DNA from: Eledone cirrhosa
Lineage: Eukaryota
Direction of reading: 5' to 3'
NCBI GenBank assembly: GCA_964016885.1
Contig: OZ024743.1
Coordinates: 283,526,001 to 283,590,000, forward strand
DNA: 64,000 nucleotides
The position numbers and the translations under genes are program-made. The notes below the pieces were generated by a model, which saw only the letters and a program-made list of their open reading frames with translations, was not told the origin of the DNA and ran no database searches. This document shows, piece by piece, positions 12,170-25,800 of the stretch (within the stretch, counting starts at the first letter, position 1; every line of letters starts with the position of its first letter).

Positions 12170-12916
12170 TACTACATCTGATTCCTTTTATACCCAGTGT
12201 CTCTCTCAGTACAACCATGCTTTGTTGTTCCCACACATTAACATTGCACATCCATCGAAGCTTGCTTGCTCCATTTTTCTCCAGTTTTCCTGTATCCTAT
12301 GCACTCTTACTATCAATTGATTCTGAACAGCTACTACATACAATGTCTTCTTTTCCTGTTAGTCTACCTGTTATCTGAATACACCTCTTGTGTACCCAAG
12401 ACTTCTATTGTGTACATTGTATAGAGTTTATGCCTATGCCTTTTCTACATATTGAGCAAGACCACTTCCCTAATGGGATCAGGACCCTACCTTCTTTCCT
12501 ACTTATCAACACTTTGGTTTTTGTTAAGTTTACTCTCAGCTCTTTTGATTCTAAGTTCTATTTCCACAGCCAAAATTTATTCTCTAGTTCTTCCACAGAT
12601 TCAGCTAAGAGGACCAAATCATCAACATTCAGAAGCTCCTACAAACAACAGTCTTAAATTTCTGTTATGGCCTGGATGACTAGGATAAACAATAGAGCAC
12701 TTAGAACATAACCTTGATGCACTCCTACCTGTACCATGAATTCCTCACTAAACCCATTTCCTACCCTCACTTTACTCACAGCTCCTCTGTATATGCCATG
12801 CACTGCTCTCACAAGCCACTCTTCTAGACCTAGTTTCCTTAAAGACCACCAGATTACAAATCTGGGCACTCTGTCAAAGGCTTTCTCTAGATCAACAAAA
12901 GCTAGATATAGAGGCT
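12170..12916 (-). pseudogene. RTE-clade LINE RT fragment with PHD-like finger
   Basis: PLYLAFVDLEKAFDRVPR..GVHQG..LLF, then CSIC..CTQ*..WVHKRC..CSSC, then LRWMCNV..LRETLGI. Stops, frameshifts and an internal deletion. Confidence 0.82.
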
Positions 12917-13078
12917 TGTGTGTGTGTCCAGTTTATAATAGGTACACTAATAGCCTTATATGTCATAAGAAATTACTAAAAGAGTTGGTATCAGGAACAG
13001 CATCTGACTGTAAAACATTGCCTCAAAAAATTCTGTTCAATTCAAGCTAGTATGAAAAGTCAGTGATGATGATGCTGA

Positions 13079-13083
<5 letters not shown>

Positions 13084-13130
<47 letters not shown>

Positions 13131-13154
13131 TCATCATCATCATCATCATCATCA
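13084..13154. repeat. (TA)n fused to (TCA)n microsatellite
   Basis: Directly visible. The (TCA)n part is the (ATG)n tail of the adjacent minus-strand element. Confidence 0.95.
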
Positions 13155-13650
13155 CTGTTTTACGTCCGTTCTTCCATGCTAGCATGGGTTAGACGGGTTG
13201 TCCTGTTGTGGGCAGTGTCTAGTCGGCTGACCATGCCTTGCTCATACAGGAACTGATTTTGGCTTCATTTCTACAGCTGGATGCCCTTCCTAACACCAAC
13301 CTCATTTGCAGTGAGTGCTGGGTGCTTTTTCCGTGGCGCCTACACGTCCACTTTACAGTGTGGGCTGGGTGCTTTTTTGCCGTGGCACCTCCACGACCAC
13401 CTTGCAGTGGGAGGGTGTGTAGGCATATTGTCTATATGCTTCAGCTTGTACCCATGGGAGGTTGGGTACTCTGTATTACTGCGTGACGCCAGAGGTCACG
13501 GTCGTGTGTCATCGCCTTTGAGAGGTGTAATTGGGTAAGGTCGGCTTTTATCACCTCATCCCAGGTCTTCTTGGGTCTCCCCACTCCGCGGTTTCCATTG
13601 ACTTCTAGTGCTCTGCACCTTTTTATGCAGCTGTCATCCTTCATACGCAT
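13129..13650 (-). mobile_element. RTE-clade LINE 3' end (C-terminal coding piece, 3' UTR, (ATG)n tail)
   Basis: MRMKDDSCIKRCRALEVNGNRGVGRPKKTWDEVIKADL..DRDLWR is a typical RTE C-terminus, followed by a UTR ending GGACGTAAAA and (TGA)n. Confidence 0.8.
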
Positions 13651-13661
13651 ATAAACAAAAT

Positions 13662-13756
13662 AATTGTTTCTACTTTTGGCACACGGCCAGCAATTACCCA
13701 GTGTATTACTGGTACTTTATTTTATCAACCCCATAAGGATGAAAGGCAAAGTTAAC
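13662..13756 (-). mobile_element. 3' fragment of the tRNA-SINE family at 2579/9365
   Basis: AATTGTTTCTACTTTTGGCACACGGCCAGCAATTACCCAGTG..GGATGAAAGGCAAAGT matches those copies; the head is absent. Confidence 0.85.
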
Positions 13757-13890
13757 GACGGATCTTACATTTGCAATTATGTAAACGTAACATCCATCTT
13801 AGCATTATTTCGTAAATGGAAATTTCGTCACACTTAATCACCATCATAATGCTGGAGATATATGACTGACATGGAGTGTTTTTTAATTGC

Positions 13891-14123
13891 TTAACCCTTT
13901 AGCATTTAATTCGGCCATATCCAGCCAGAATTCTCTCACCTTTTTCTGTTCAAACCAGCTGTAACCGACTGTTCATACTTATGTTAAGGTATTGTTCTCA
14001 AAATAAATAATATCAAAATCTCATAGATTCGATATTATGTGAGATAATTATGTAAGATAAAGTGTTTACCATGAAAATACAATAGTATATGTATATAGAG
14101 TAATATCGATGCTAAAGGCTTAC
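13891..14123. mobile_element. Putative piggyBac-like MITE
   Basis: TTAACCCTTTAGCAT (13891-13905) and ATGCTAAAGGCTTAC (14109-14123) form an inverted pair matching at 13/15 positions. TTAA+CCC is a piggyBac-type terminus. Confidence 0.6.
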
Positions 14124-14184
14124 ACCAGATTATCTTTGCAACATTACAACATAACCTTCACGGATAAACCCCTTAATTATCTGC

Positions 14185-14186
<2 letters not shown>

Positions 14187-14262
<76 letters not shown>
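14187..14262. repeat. (TA)n microsatellite
   Basis: Directly visible. Confidence 0.97.
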
Positions 14263-14265
<3 letters not shown>

Positions 14266-14390
14266 CAAGCCACACAGAGGCTTCATCTGGTGACCAGAAA
14301 AAACAACCAAGCTGAAACTTCAAGTCACAGTCACTTTTCTACACTCTATCCATCAGTACTGAGTGCTCAACATTTAATGTTGAACCTGGT

Positions 14391-14891
<501 letters not shown>

Positions 14892-15212
14892 TTGTTGTGG
14901 AATTATAATACTAATAATGACATCAATCTCAAATTTCAATGATCACATCAATAAGATTTACAACATATTATTTCTATCATCTCAGGAAAACATCAAGAAT
15001 TTGGAGATTCTTGTCTCTGTCTCATTTTGATATTCCTCTAGACATTATCTTATCTGTATAATTGTATATCTGTCATCATTCATACATCAAGTATTGATAA
15101 ATTACAATGTACTAGATCACAGCAATCTGTTTATATGCTGTGGTGAAAGTGGGAAAGATTACTATGCAAATCATCATTGGTTCAAAATTGGTGATAACAT
15201 CAACCATTTCAC

Positions 15213-16157
15213 AACCATATTTTTAATGAAATACACTGTATTTTAATTAGATTAATGACAAACTTGGAAGGATTTACTAAAATCAAACCAGTCAACTCCC
15301 CCCATCTGACGGGGAGATCTCCCATCTACTTTGAGGTGGGTGAGAGATGTCTTCTCTTGTATAGCTTTCATTATGTACAATCTCCCCATTTTGCCTCATT
15401 TCTCCCCATTTTGGGGCACTTTTTTTCATGGTACTCTCTGTTTAGGTTTTAAGAGGTTGGCAGGTCTGTAAGATTATTCTTTATTTCATTATTAAGATTC
15501 ATCATCATCATCATCATTTTACATCTGCTTTTTTTTTGTTTTTTGTTTTTTTTTATATTGGCATGGGTTGGATAAGTTGTCACAGAGATGTGTTTGAGAA
15601 CTGCATCTTGCTCATGAGTTCCATTTCTGACATAGTTCCCATAGCTGTCTGCCCTTCCTAGTGCCTACCACTTTACAGAGTATACTTGGTGCATTTTATT
15701 GTGACATCAATATAACAAATTATATTGGAAGATTTTTATTTAAATTGGAACCTTTTAAAATGGATGGCTTTATTTCATAAAAAAAACAGAGGCTGTTTGG
15801 GGTGGGGTAGCATCAAAAGAGTTAAAGATTCTATAAATGATTAGGCATAAAATAAGGTAAGAAAAGCCTCTTAACAATACTGAGTTTAGCAGAAGTTTAT
15901 TCAATATTTTGGACTTTGACAATATTAGAAAATATTGAAAATGAAATGTTAACAACAAACAACACCAATACCCTCATGACGTGCATGAAATCAGATAGAG
16001 TATTGCAAGGAGATGAATTAAGTATGACATTCAAATCAGATAGACATTCATCAGATAAGGGACTTCAACAACAACTATAACCATTTTAACCATCTTTCTA
16101 ATGAAATACATTCTATTTCAATTAATTAATGAAAAATTTTGATGGATTTATTAAAAT
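15213..16157 (+). repeat. Two diverged ~70-bp copies of a dispersed repeat fragment (~15213-15282 and ~16088-16157)
   Basis: AACCAT.TTT.TAATGAAATACA...TATTT.AATTA..TTAATGA.AAA.TT.GA.GGATTTA.TAAAAT in both. Confidence 0.6.
15499..15710 (-). mobile_element. Degraded copy of the RTE/SINE shared 3' tail
   Basis: (TCA)n TTTTACATC..GCATGGGTTGGA..AGCTGTCTGCCCTTCCTA..CCACTTTACAGAGT resembles 13129-13370. Confidence 0.6.
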
Positions 16158-17219
16158 GTTAATTATTTCATGACTAAGATAGTAACTTAATATATGTTCT
16201 TATATATGTTGGAAAATTTAAATTTAAATAGGTACTCTTTGAAATTGGTGGTTTTGTTTCAAAGAACCAGAGCTAGTTTTAGCCAGGCTTGTATCAAACA
16301 GGTCAACCTTGGGTCAACCTTGCTTTACCCTATACTCTACATCATCTACAAAGGAATTCTACCAATTGTTAATGTGTGGCTCTGAGTGCCTAATCAATAT
16401 AAATTCTTTAATATTTTCTAATGGTTATGATAGAAACTATAACTTCTGTATGTCTTTTAAGAGGTATTTCCTTCATTTTCACCTGCTCTTGTTTAATTCA
16501 TATTCACTTATATATAGTAACACCTGTATCAAACTTGTAATGTTTCCTGCTCTTTGATGGAATATTCTATTCCCAACTGGTGTTCTTTAATGTTAATGTT
16601 ACCTTTTAATATTTCAGTTCCTAATTAGGTCTTGTTAAAGCCGAAATATTGAATAAAGTCATTTCCCTATTTAACCTGTATTGTTAAATTGCTTTCATTA
16701 ATTTCCTATAGTCAAACTTTTATGGCAATGTATCAAATAAACTACAAATTCTTTTTAATTTAGTGTTAGCATTATAGAAAATATAGATTCAACCAATACA
16801 GAAGATAAAGTACTGAATAAATTGGTATACATTGTTTTATTCTATAGAAATAAATTGTATAGTATGGTAATATATTTACCACTATTAATTGACTGTGAAA
16901 AGGTGCAGTGTCATAATGTGGGTGGTAAAGGGTCTTCTATTTTGCCATTCAAATCACACTGGTCGAGCTACAGTAGAATATTCTTGAAAACAGAGAATGT
17001 GACATTCTACTACTAGGACTATTACTCAATTTTTTCTTCCTTCCCTTTTCCTGGTCAAAATAATTTATTTATTTAATTGGGCACATCAACAGTCGTCAAA
17101 TGGGAACATCTGACCATGAATAAATGCCTTCTATTTGCTAGCAAGTGACTGCAAAGACAATCTTCTCTTAAGGTGCAGCAGGTGTATAAACCCAAATGAT
17201 GCCATATCAGGTCCAAGCT

Positions 17220-18510
17220 GCAATAATCAGCGTTGGCATTATAAAAGGTAAGCCTGGAGAAATTGTAGAGATGCTTTAGAGGCAATGTGTGCAAGTGGTA
17301 AGATGGAGAGGAGCCTCAGCTAGACTTTTGAAAGGCAGTAAGCATGTGTATAAGCACTTTTGGGGGGTAACAATAATAAGGTGGATGGGGTAGGCATATT
17401 CCTTGTAGAGAAATGGGTAAATAAGGTAATTGAGGTAGTTAGAATATACAACAGGATAATTAAGTTTGGACTAGTTTTAACCATCATCTCTGTACATGAA
17501 CCACAAGCAGGTTTTTCAGATGAACAAATGGATCACTTTTATGAGGTCCTATTGCAAACAACCTTGACAAACGACTGTGATCTCACTATTGTGACTGGTG
17601 ACTTCAATAGACATGCAGGACAGTACCAGTATGGATACTATGAGGTACATGGAAGCTATAAACTTGGTGACTGAAATGAAGGAGGATCAAAGCTTCTGGA
17701 GTTCTGTGATGCAAATTATCTGACAATTTGCAACACCAGCTTCAGGAAACCATTCGATCACCTATCAATCAGGAGGACATATAAGTCAAAGTTACATTAT
17801 TCTCACTAGGATATGAGATAAACTGTTGGTTGTAAAAGCCAAGCACTTCGCGGGTGAAGAATACATCACCTAATATAAACTGGTGATTAGCAACTTCAGA
17901 GTAAGAATGAGACACATGGACAAACCAAAGACAATATGGAAAAGAATAATATGGAAACTAAAAGAACCATACAACACCCATAGGTTTAGAGACATTAGCT
18001 GAAGTCCTTGACAAGGAAGATGGGAATTAGAGTCCTATAACATGGAGGGGAACTGGAAATTTCTTCAAGACAACCTGCTGAATGCCACAGATGAGGTCTG
18101 TGATTGGTGCAAGGTAACAGCTAGATGAAAGGGACATGGTGGCAGAACAGAACTGTAGATAGGGCCATAAAAGCTAAGAGACAAGCTTGGGAAGTCTGAA
18201 ATGGTAAGGGTAACAAGGAATGATACCATAGAGCTAGGAAAGAAGCTAATTGTCAGGTCTATGCAGCAAAAAGAGAGGCTGAAAGAATGAGGTTAACCAA
18301 TGTTCTGTGACATGAAAATCAGTGGGGGCAGGCATTCAGGATTGCAAGACAGTGTACCAGAGAGACCTGGCATGCCAGAGAAAAATTTGTGTGGTATGAC
18401 TTATCCTTCCTAATGGATTGAAAGTGTTATTATGACAGGTTATTGAAGAGAATGTATGGATGAGTGATGATCTGCTCCAAGTACACCCCACAGAGGGACT
18501 AGCCACCAAA
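17220..18510 (+). pseudogene. RTE-clade LINE endonuclease (APE) and linker region, heavily decayed
   Basis: GEIVEML..VRWRGASAR, GVGIFLVEKWVNKVIEV..RII..TIISV.EPQAG..FY..GDFN.HAG; further RTE-like sequence with many stops. Confidence 0.8.
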
Positions 18511-19298
18511 GTTGATGGCAAACTTTATAGCCTATCCACCTCAATTTGATATGTTGCAAGGGAGTTTCTATACCTATATTATTCACAAACGCCAATCACA
18601 CACACAGTCTATAAAATTTATGCAAAACTTATCGAAGTCACTTGTTGAAAACACTCTAACTGTTTAGCATGCTTATAATATATTGTTTGACATCCATACA
18701 GCAAAACAGACACAATACATGCTCTGAAAATCGATATTTTACTATCATATTTTATGCATTGTTGAAATGACCATAATAAAGACTGTGAATTTCCAAAAGA
18801 TAACCATAAGGTTTTAATTCTATTTCATTAACATTTGCATTCCTGTTTTAAAAGCTGCCAAATATATGAAGAAAGGTATGTTTTTCACAAGACATTACAG
18901 GACAGGAATAAAACAGTTTTATCAAGATTTATTGTCAGACCAAACATGTTACATGTTACAATGCAATTTTATCCATAAGGATTTCAAGATCTTATTGATT
19001 GTGTATGACAATATCACTGACATCAGCAGACAAGAGGCCACTTATCAGATACAAAAGTGTGTGATTTAGGACTAAAGCTTTTGAGATTGAATAACTTACT
19101 AGTCATACTGCAGCGTATATAAATATATTTGTATTTGTATAATGTATACATACACACATTAGTACAGGATCACATACAAACACTTGTGAATAAAACACAT
19201 TATAATACTCATCACATACCTATACCATTTGATATCTAGACACAAAAATATTAAATTACACTTAAGTACATCTCCCTTTCTATCTCTCTTGTATTAAG

Positions 19299-19329
19299 TC
19301 TCTCCCCCTCTCTCTCTCTCCCTCTCTCC

Positions 19330-19405
<76 letters not shown>
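19299..19405. repeat. (CT)n microsatellite
   Basis: Directly visible, followed by a degenerate (CA) tract. Confidence 0.95.
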
Positions 19406-19408
<3 letters not shown>

Positions 19409-19574
19409 AAACACACATACACACTTCTTTACTCAAACACAGACATACACATACACATTCAGACACAGAGTAAATATTGCCTGTACAAATCAGATTGGTA
19501 AATTTTAGGTTAAACATCCATGGTCTCTGAATCAATCTATAGGCTAGAATCACACATAAAACATGCCTTACAGT

Positions 19575-19890
19575 GACCCAACGTGGTCAATTGAACATCT
19601 AAAAAGAGCAGCTAAATTTCCCTCGAATCACACCCTTCTCTATTAAAAAGAATTGGCCACATTGTATAATGTAATTCAGGGTATACAAAAAAGATAGGAT
19701 GTTCATGGTTGAAATGTTGACCTGGGACTAAATAATAATGACAAGACAACAGATACAACAATAACAATTGTCACAAAATCAATACCTTCAATAATAACAA
19801 CTACAACAACAATAGCTATAATAGCCATAACTATAACAACACCAACAGTACCACAAGAACAACACCAACAGCAGCAACAATATTAAGAAC
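19575..19890 (+). repeat. Probable retroposon 3' remnant ending in an (AAT/AAC)n low-complexity tail that grades into the satellite
   Basis: ..GACCTGGGACTAAATAATAATGACAAGACAACAG.. followed by NNA-triplet sequence. Family resemblance is from recall only. Confidence 0.4.
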
Positions 19891-22800
19891 AATACTACCA
19901 ACAACATCAACAGTACCACCAACACCAACAACATCAACAGCACCGACAGCACCAACAACATCAACAGCACCACCATCATTGACAACATCAACAGCACCAC
20001 CAACACCAACAACGTCAACAGTACCACCAACACCAACAACCTCAACAGTACCACCAACACCAGCAACATCAACAGCACCACAAACACCAACAACGTCAAC
20101 AGTACCACCAACACCAACAACATCAACAGTACCACCAACACCAACAACGTCAACAGTACCACCAACACCAACAACCTCAACAGTACCACCAACACCAGCA
20201 ACATCAACAGTACCATCAACACCAACAACATCACAAGCACCACTAACACCAACAACATCAACAGCACCACCAACACCAACAACATCAACAGCACCACTAA
20301 CACCAACAACATCAACAGCACCACCAACACCAACAACATCAACAGTACCACCAACACCAACAACATCAACAGTACCACTAACACCAACAACATCAACAGC
20401 ACCACTAACACCAGCAACATCAACAGCACCACCAACACCAAAAACATCAACAGCACCACTAACACCAACAACATCAACAGTACCACCAACACCAACAACA
20501 TCAACAGTACCACTAACACCAACAACATCAACAGTACCACTAACACCAACAACATCAACAGTACCACCAACACAAACAACATCAACAGCACCACCAACAC
20601 CAACAACATCAACAGTACCACTAACACCAACAACATCAACAGTACCACTAACACCAACAACATCAACAGTACCACCAACACAAACAACATCAACAGTACC
20701 ACCAACACAAACAACATCAACAGCACCACAAACACCAACAACATCAACAGCACCACTAACACCAACAACATCAACAGTACCACCAACACCAACAACATCA
20801 ACAGTACCACTAACACCAACAACATCAACAGTACCACTAACACCAACAACATCAACAGTACCACCAACACAAACAACATCAACAGCACCACCAACACCAA
20901 CAACATCAACAGTACCACTAACACCAACAACATCAACAGTACCACTAACACCAACAACATCAACAGTACCACCAACACAAACAACATCAACAGTACCACC
21001 AACACAAACAACATCAACAGCACCACCAACACCAACAACATCAACAGTACCACTAACACCAACAACATCAACAGTACCACCAACACAAACAACATCAACA
21101 GCACCACCAACACCAACAACATCAACAGCACCACCAACACCAACAACATCAACAGCACCACCAACACCAACAACATCAACAGTACCACCAACACCAACAA
21201 CATCAACAGCACCACTAACACCAACAACATCAACAGCACCACCAACACCAACAACATCAACAGTACCACCAACACCAACAACATCAACAGTACCACCAAC
21301 ACCAACAACATCAACAGTACCACCAACACCAACAACATCAACAGCACCACTAACACCAACAACATCAACAGTACCACCAACACCAACAACATCAACAGTA
21401 CCACCAACACCAACAACATCAACAGTACCACCAACACCAACAACATCAACAGCACCACCAACACCAAGAACATCAACAGCACCACTAACACCAACAACAT
21501 CAACAGTACAACCAACACCAACAACATCATCAGCACCACCAACACCAACAACATCAACAGCACCACCAACACCAACAACGTCAACAGTACCACCAACACC
21601 GACAACATCAACAGCACCACTAACACCAACAACATCAACAGTACCACCAACACCAACAACATCAACAGCACCACCAACACCAACAACATCAACAGCACCA
21701 CCAACACCAACAACATCAACAGTACCATCAACACCAACAACATCAACAGCACCACCAACACCAACAACATCAACAGTACCACCAACACCAACAACATCAA
21801 CAGCACCACCAACACCAACAACATCAACAGCACCACCAACACCAACAACATCAACAGTACCATCAACACCAACAACATCAACAGCACCACCAACACCAAC
21901 AACATCAACAGTACCACCAACACCAACAACATCAACAGTACCACCAACACCAACAACATCAACAGTACCATCAACACCAACAACATCAACAGCACCACCA
22001 ACACCAACAACATCAACAGTACCACCAACACCAACAACATCAACAGTACCAACAACACCAACAACATCAACAGTACCATCAACACCAACAACATCAACAG
22101 TGCCACCAACACCAACAACATCAACAGTACCACCAACACCAACAACATCAACAGTACCACCAACATCAACAACATCAACAGTACCACCAACACCAACAAC
22201 ATCAACAGTACCACCAACACCAACAATATCAGCAGCAGTACCAACACCAACAACATCAACAGTACCACCAACACCAACAACATCAACAGTACCACCAACA
22301 CCAAAAACATCAACAGTACCACCAACACCAACAACATCAACAGTACCACCAACACCAACAACATCATCAGCACCACCAACACCAACAACATCAACAGCAC
22401 CACCAACACCAACAACATCAACAGCACCACTAACACCAACAACATCAACAGTACCAACAACACCAACAACATCAACAGCACCAACAACACCAACAACATC
22501 AACAGCACCACCAACACCAACAACATCAACAGTACCACCAACATCAACAACATCAACAGTACCACCAACACCAACAACATCAACAGTACCACCAACACCA
22601 ACAATATCAGCAGCAGTACCAACACCAACAACATCAACAGTACCACCAACACTAACAACATCAACAGTACCATCAACACCAACAACATCAACAGTACCAC
22701 CAACACCAACAACATCAACAGCACCACCAACACCAACAACATCAACAGTACCACCAACACCAACAACATCAACAGCACCACTAACACCAACAACATCAAC

Positions 22801-25800
22801 AGTACCACCAACACCAACAACATCAACAGCACCACCAACACCAACAACATCAACAGTACCACCAACACCAACAACATCAACAGCACCACTAACACCAACA
22901 ACATCAACAGCACCACCAACACCAACAACATCAACAGTACCACCAACACCAACAACATCAACAGTACCACCAACACCAACAACATCAACAGTACCACCAA
23001 CACTAACAACATCAACAGTACCATCAACACCAACAACATCAACAGTACCACCAACACCAACAACATCAACAGTACCACTAACACCAACAACATCAACAGT
23101 ACCACCAACACCAACAACATCAACAGCACCACCAACACCAACAACATCAACAGTACCACCAACACCAACAACATCAACAGCACCACTAACACCAACAACA
23201 TCAACAGTACCATCAACACCAACAACATCAACAGTACCACCAACACCAACAACATCAACAGTACCACTAACACCAACAACATCAACAGTACCACCAACAC
23301 CAACAACATCAACAGCACCACCAACACCAACAACATCAACAGCACCACTAACACCAACAACATCAACAGTACCACCAACACCAACAACATCAACAGTACC
23401 AACAACACCAACAACATCAACAGTACCACCAACACCAACAACATCAACAGTACCAACAACACCAACAACATCAACAGTACCGCCAACACCAACAACATCA
23501 ACAGTACCAACAACACCAACAACATCAACAGTACCAACAACACCAACAACATCAACAGCACCACCAACACCAACAACATCAACAGTAGCACCAACACCAA
23601 CAACATCAACAGTACCAACAACACCAACAACATCAACAGTACCACCAACACCAACAACATCAACAGCACCACCAACACCAACAACATCAACAGTAGCACC
23701 AACACCAACAACATCAACAGCACCACCAACACCAACAACATCAACAGTAGCACCAACACCAACAACATCAACAGTACCAACAACACCAACAACATCAACA
23801 GTACCATCAACACCAACAACATCAACAGTACCACCAACACCAACAACATCAACAGCACCACCAACACCAACAACATCAACAGTAGCACCAACACCAACAA
23901 CATCAACAGTACCGCCAACACCAACAACATCAACAGTACCAACAACATCAACAGCACAACCAACACCAACAACATCAACAGTACCAACAACACCAACAAC
24001 ATCAACAGCACCAGTACCACCAACACCAACAACATCAACATCAAGAGTACCACCATCAACACCAACATCAACAGCACCACCAACACCAACAACATCAACA
24101 GTACCACCAACACCAACAACACCAACAGCACCACCAACACCAACAACATCAACAGCACCACCAACACCAACAACATCAACAGCACCACCAACACCAACAA
24201 CATCAACAGTACCACCAACACCAACAACATCAACAGCACCACTAACACCAACAACATCAACAGCACCACCAACACCAACAACATCAACAGTACCACCAAC
24301 ACCAACAACATCAACAGTACCACCAACACCAACAACATCAACAGTACCACCAACACCAACAACATCAACAGCACCACTAACACCAACAACATCAACAGTA
24401 CCACCAACACCAACAACATCAACAGTACCACCAACACCAACAACATCAACAGTACCACCAACACCAACAACATCAACAGCACCACCAACACCAAGAACAT
24501 CAACAGCACCACTAACACCAACAACATCAACAGTACAACCAACACCAACAACATCATCAGCACCACCAACACCAACAACATCAACAGCACCACCAACACC
24601 AACAACGTCAACAGTACCACCAACACCAACAACATCAACAGCACCACTAACACCAACAACATCAACAGTACCACCAACACCAACAACATCAACAGCACCA
24701 CCAACACCAACAACATCAACAGCACCACCAACACCAACAACATCAACAGTACCATCAACACCAACAACATCAACAGCACCACCAACACCAACAACATCAA
24801 CAGTACCACCAACACCAACAACATCAACAGCACCACCAACACCAACAACATCAACAGCACCACCAACACCAACAACATCAACAGTACCATCAACACCAAC
24901 AACATCAACAGCACCACCAACACCAACAACATCAACAGTACCACCAACACCAACAACATCAACAGTACCACCAACACCAACAACATCAACAGTACCATCA
25001 ACACCAACAACATCAACAGCACCACCAACACCAACAACATCAACAGTACCACCAACACCAACAACATCAACAGTACCAACAACACCAACAACATCAACAG
25101 TACCATCAACACCAACAACATCAACAGTGCCACCAACACCAACAACATCAACAGTACCACCAACACCAACACCAACAACAGCACCACTAACACCAACAAC
25201 ATCAACAGTACCACCAACACCAACAACATCAACAGTACCACCAACACCAAAAACATCAACAGTACCACCAACACCAACAACATCAACAGTACCACCAACA
25301 CCAACAACATCATCAGCACCACCAACACCAACAACATCAACAGCACCACCAACACCAACAACATCAACAGCACCACTAACACCAACAACATCAACAGTAC
25401 CAACAACACCAACAACATCAACAGCACCAACAACACCAACAACATCAACAGCACCACCAACACCAACAACATCAACAGTACCACCAACATCAACAACATC
25501 AACAGTACCACCAACACCAACAACATCAACAGTACCACCAACACCAACAATATCAGCAGCAGTACCAACACCAACAACATCAACAGTACCACCAACACTA
25601 ACAACATCAACAGTACCATCAACACCAACAACATCAACAGTACCACCAACACCAACAACATCAACAGCACCACCAACACCAACAACATCAACAGTACCAC
25701 CAACACCAACAACATCAACAGCACCACTAACACCAACAACATCAACAGTACCACCAACACCAACAACATCAACAGCACCACCAACACCAACAACATCAAC

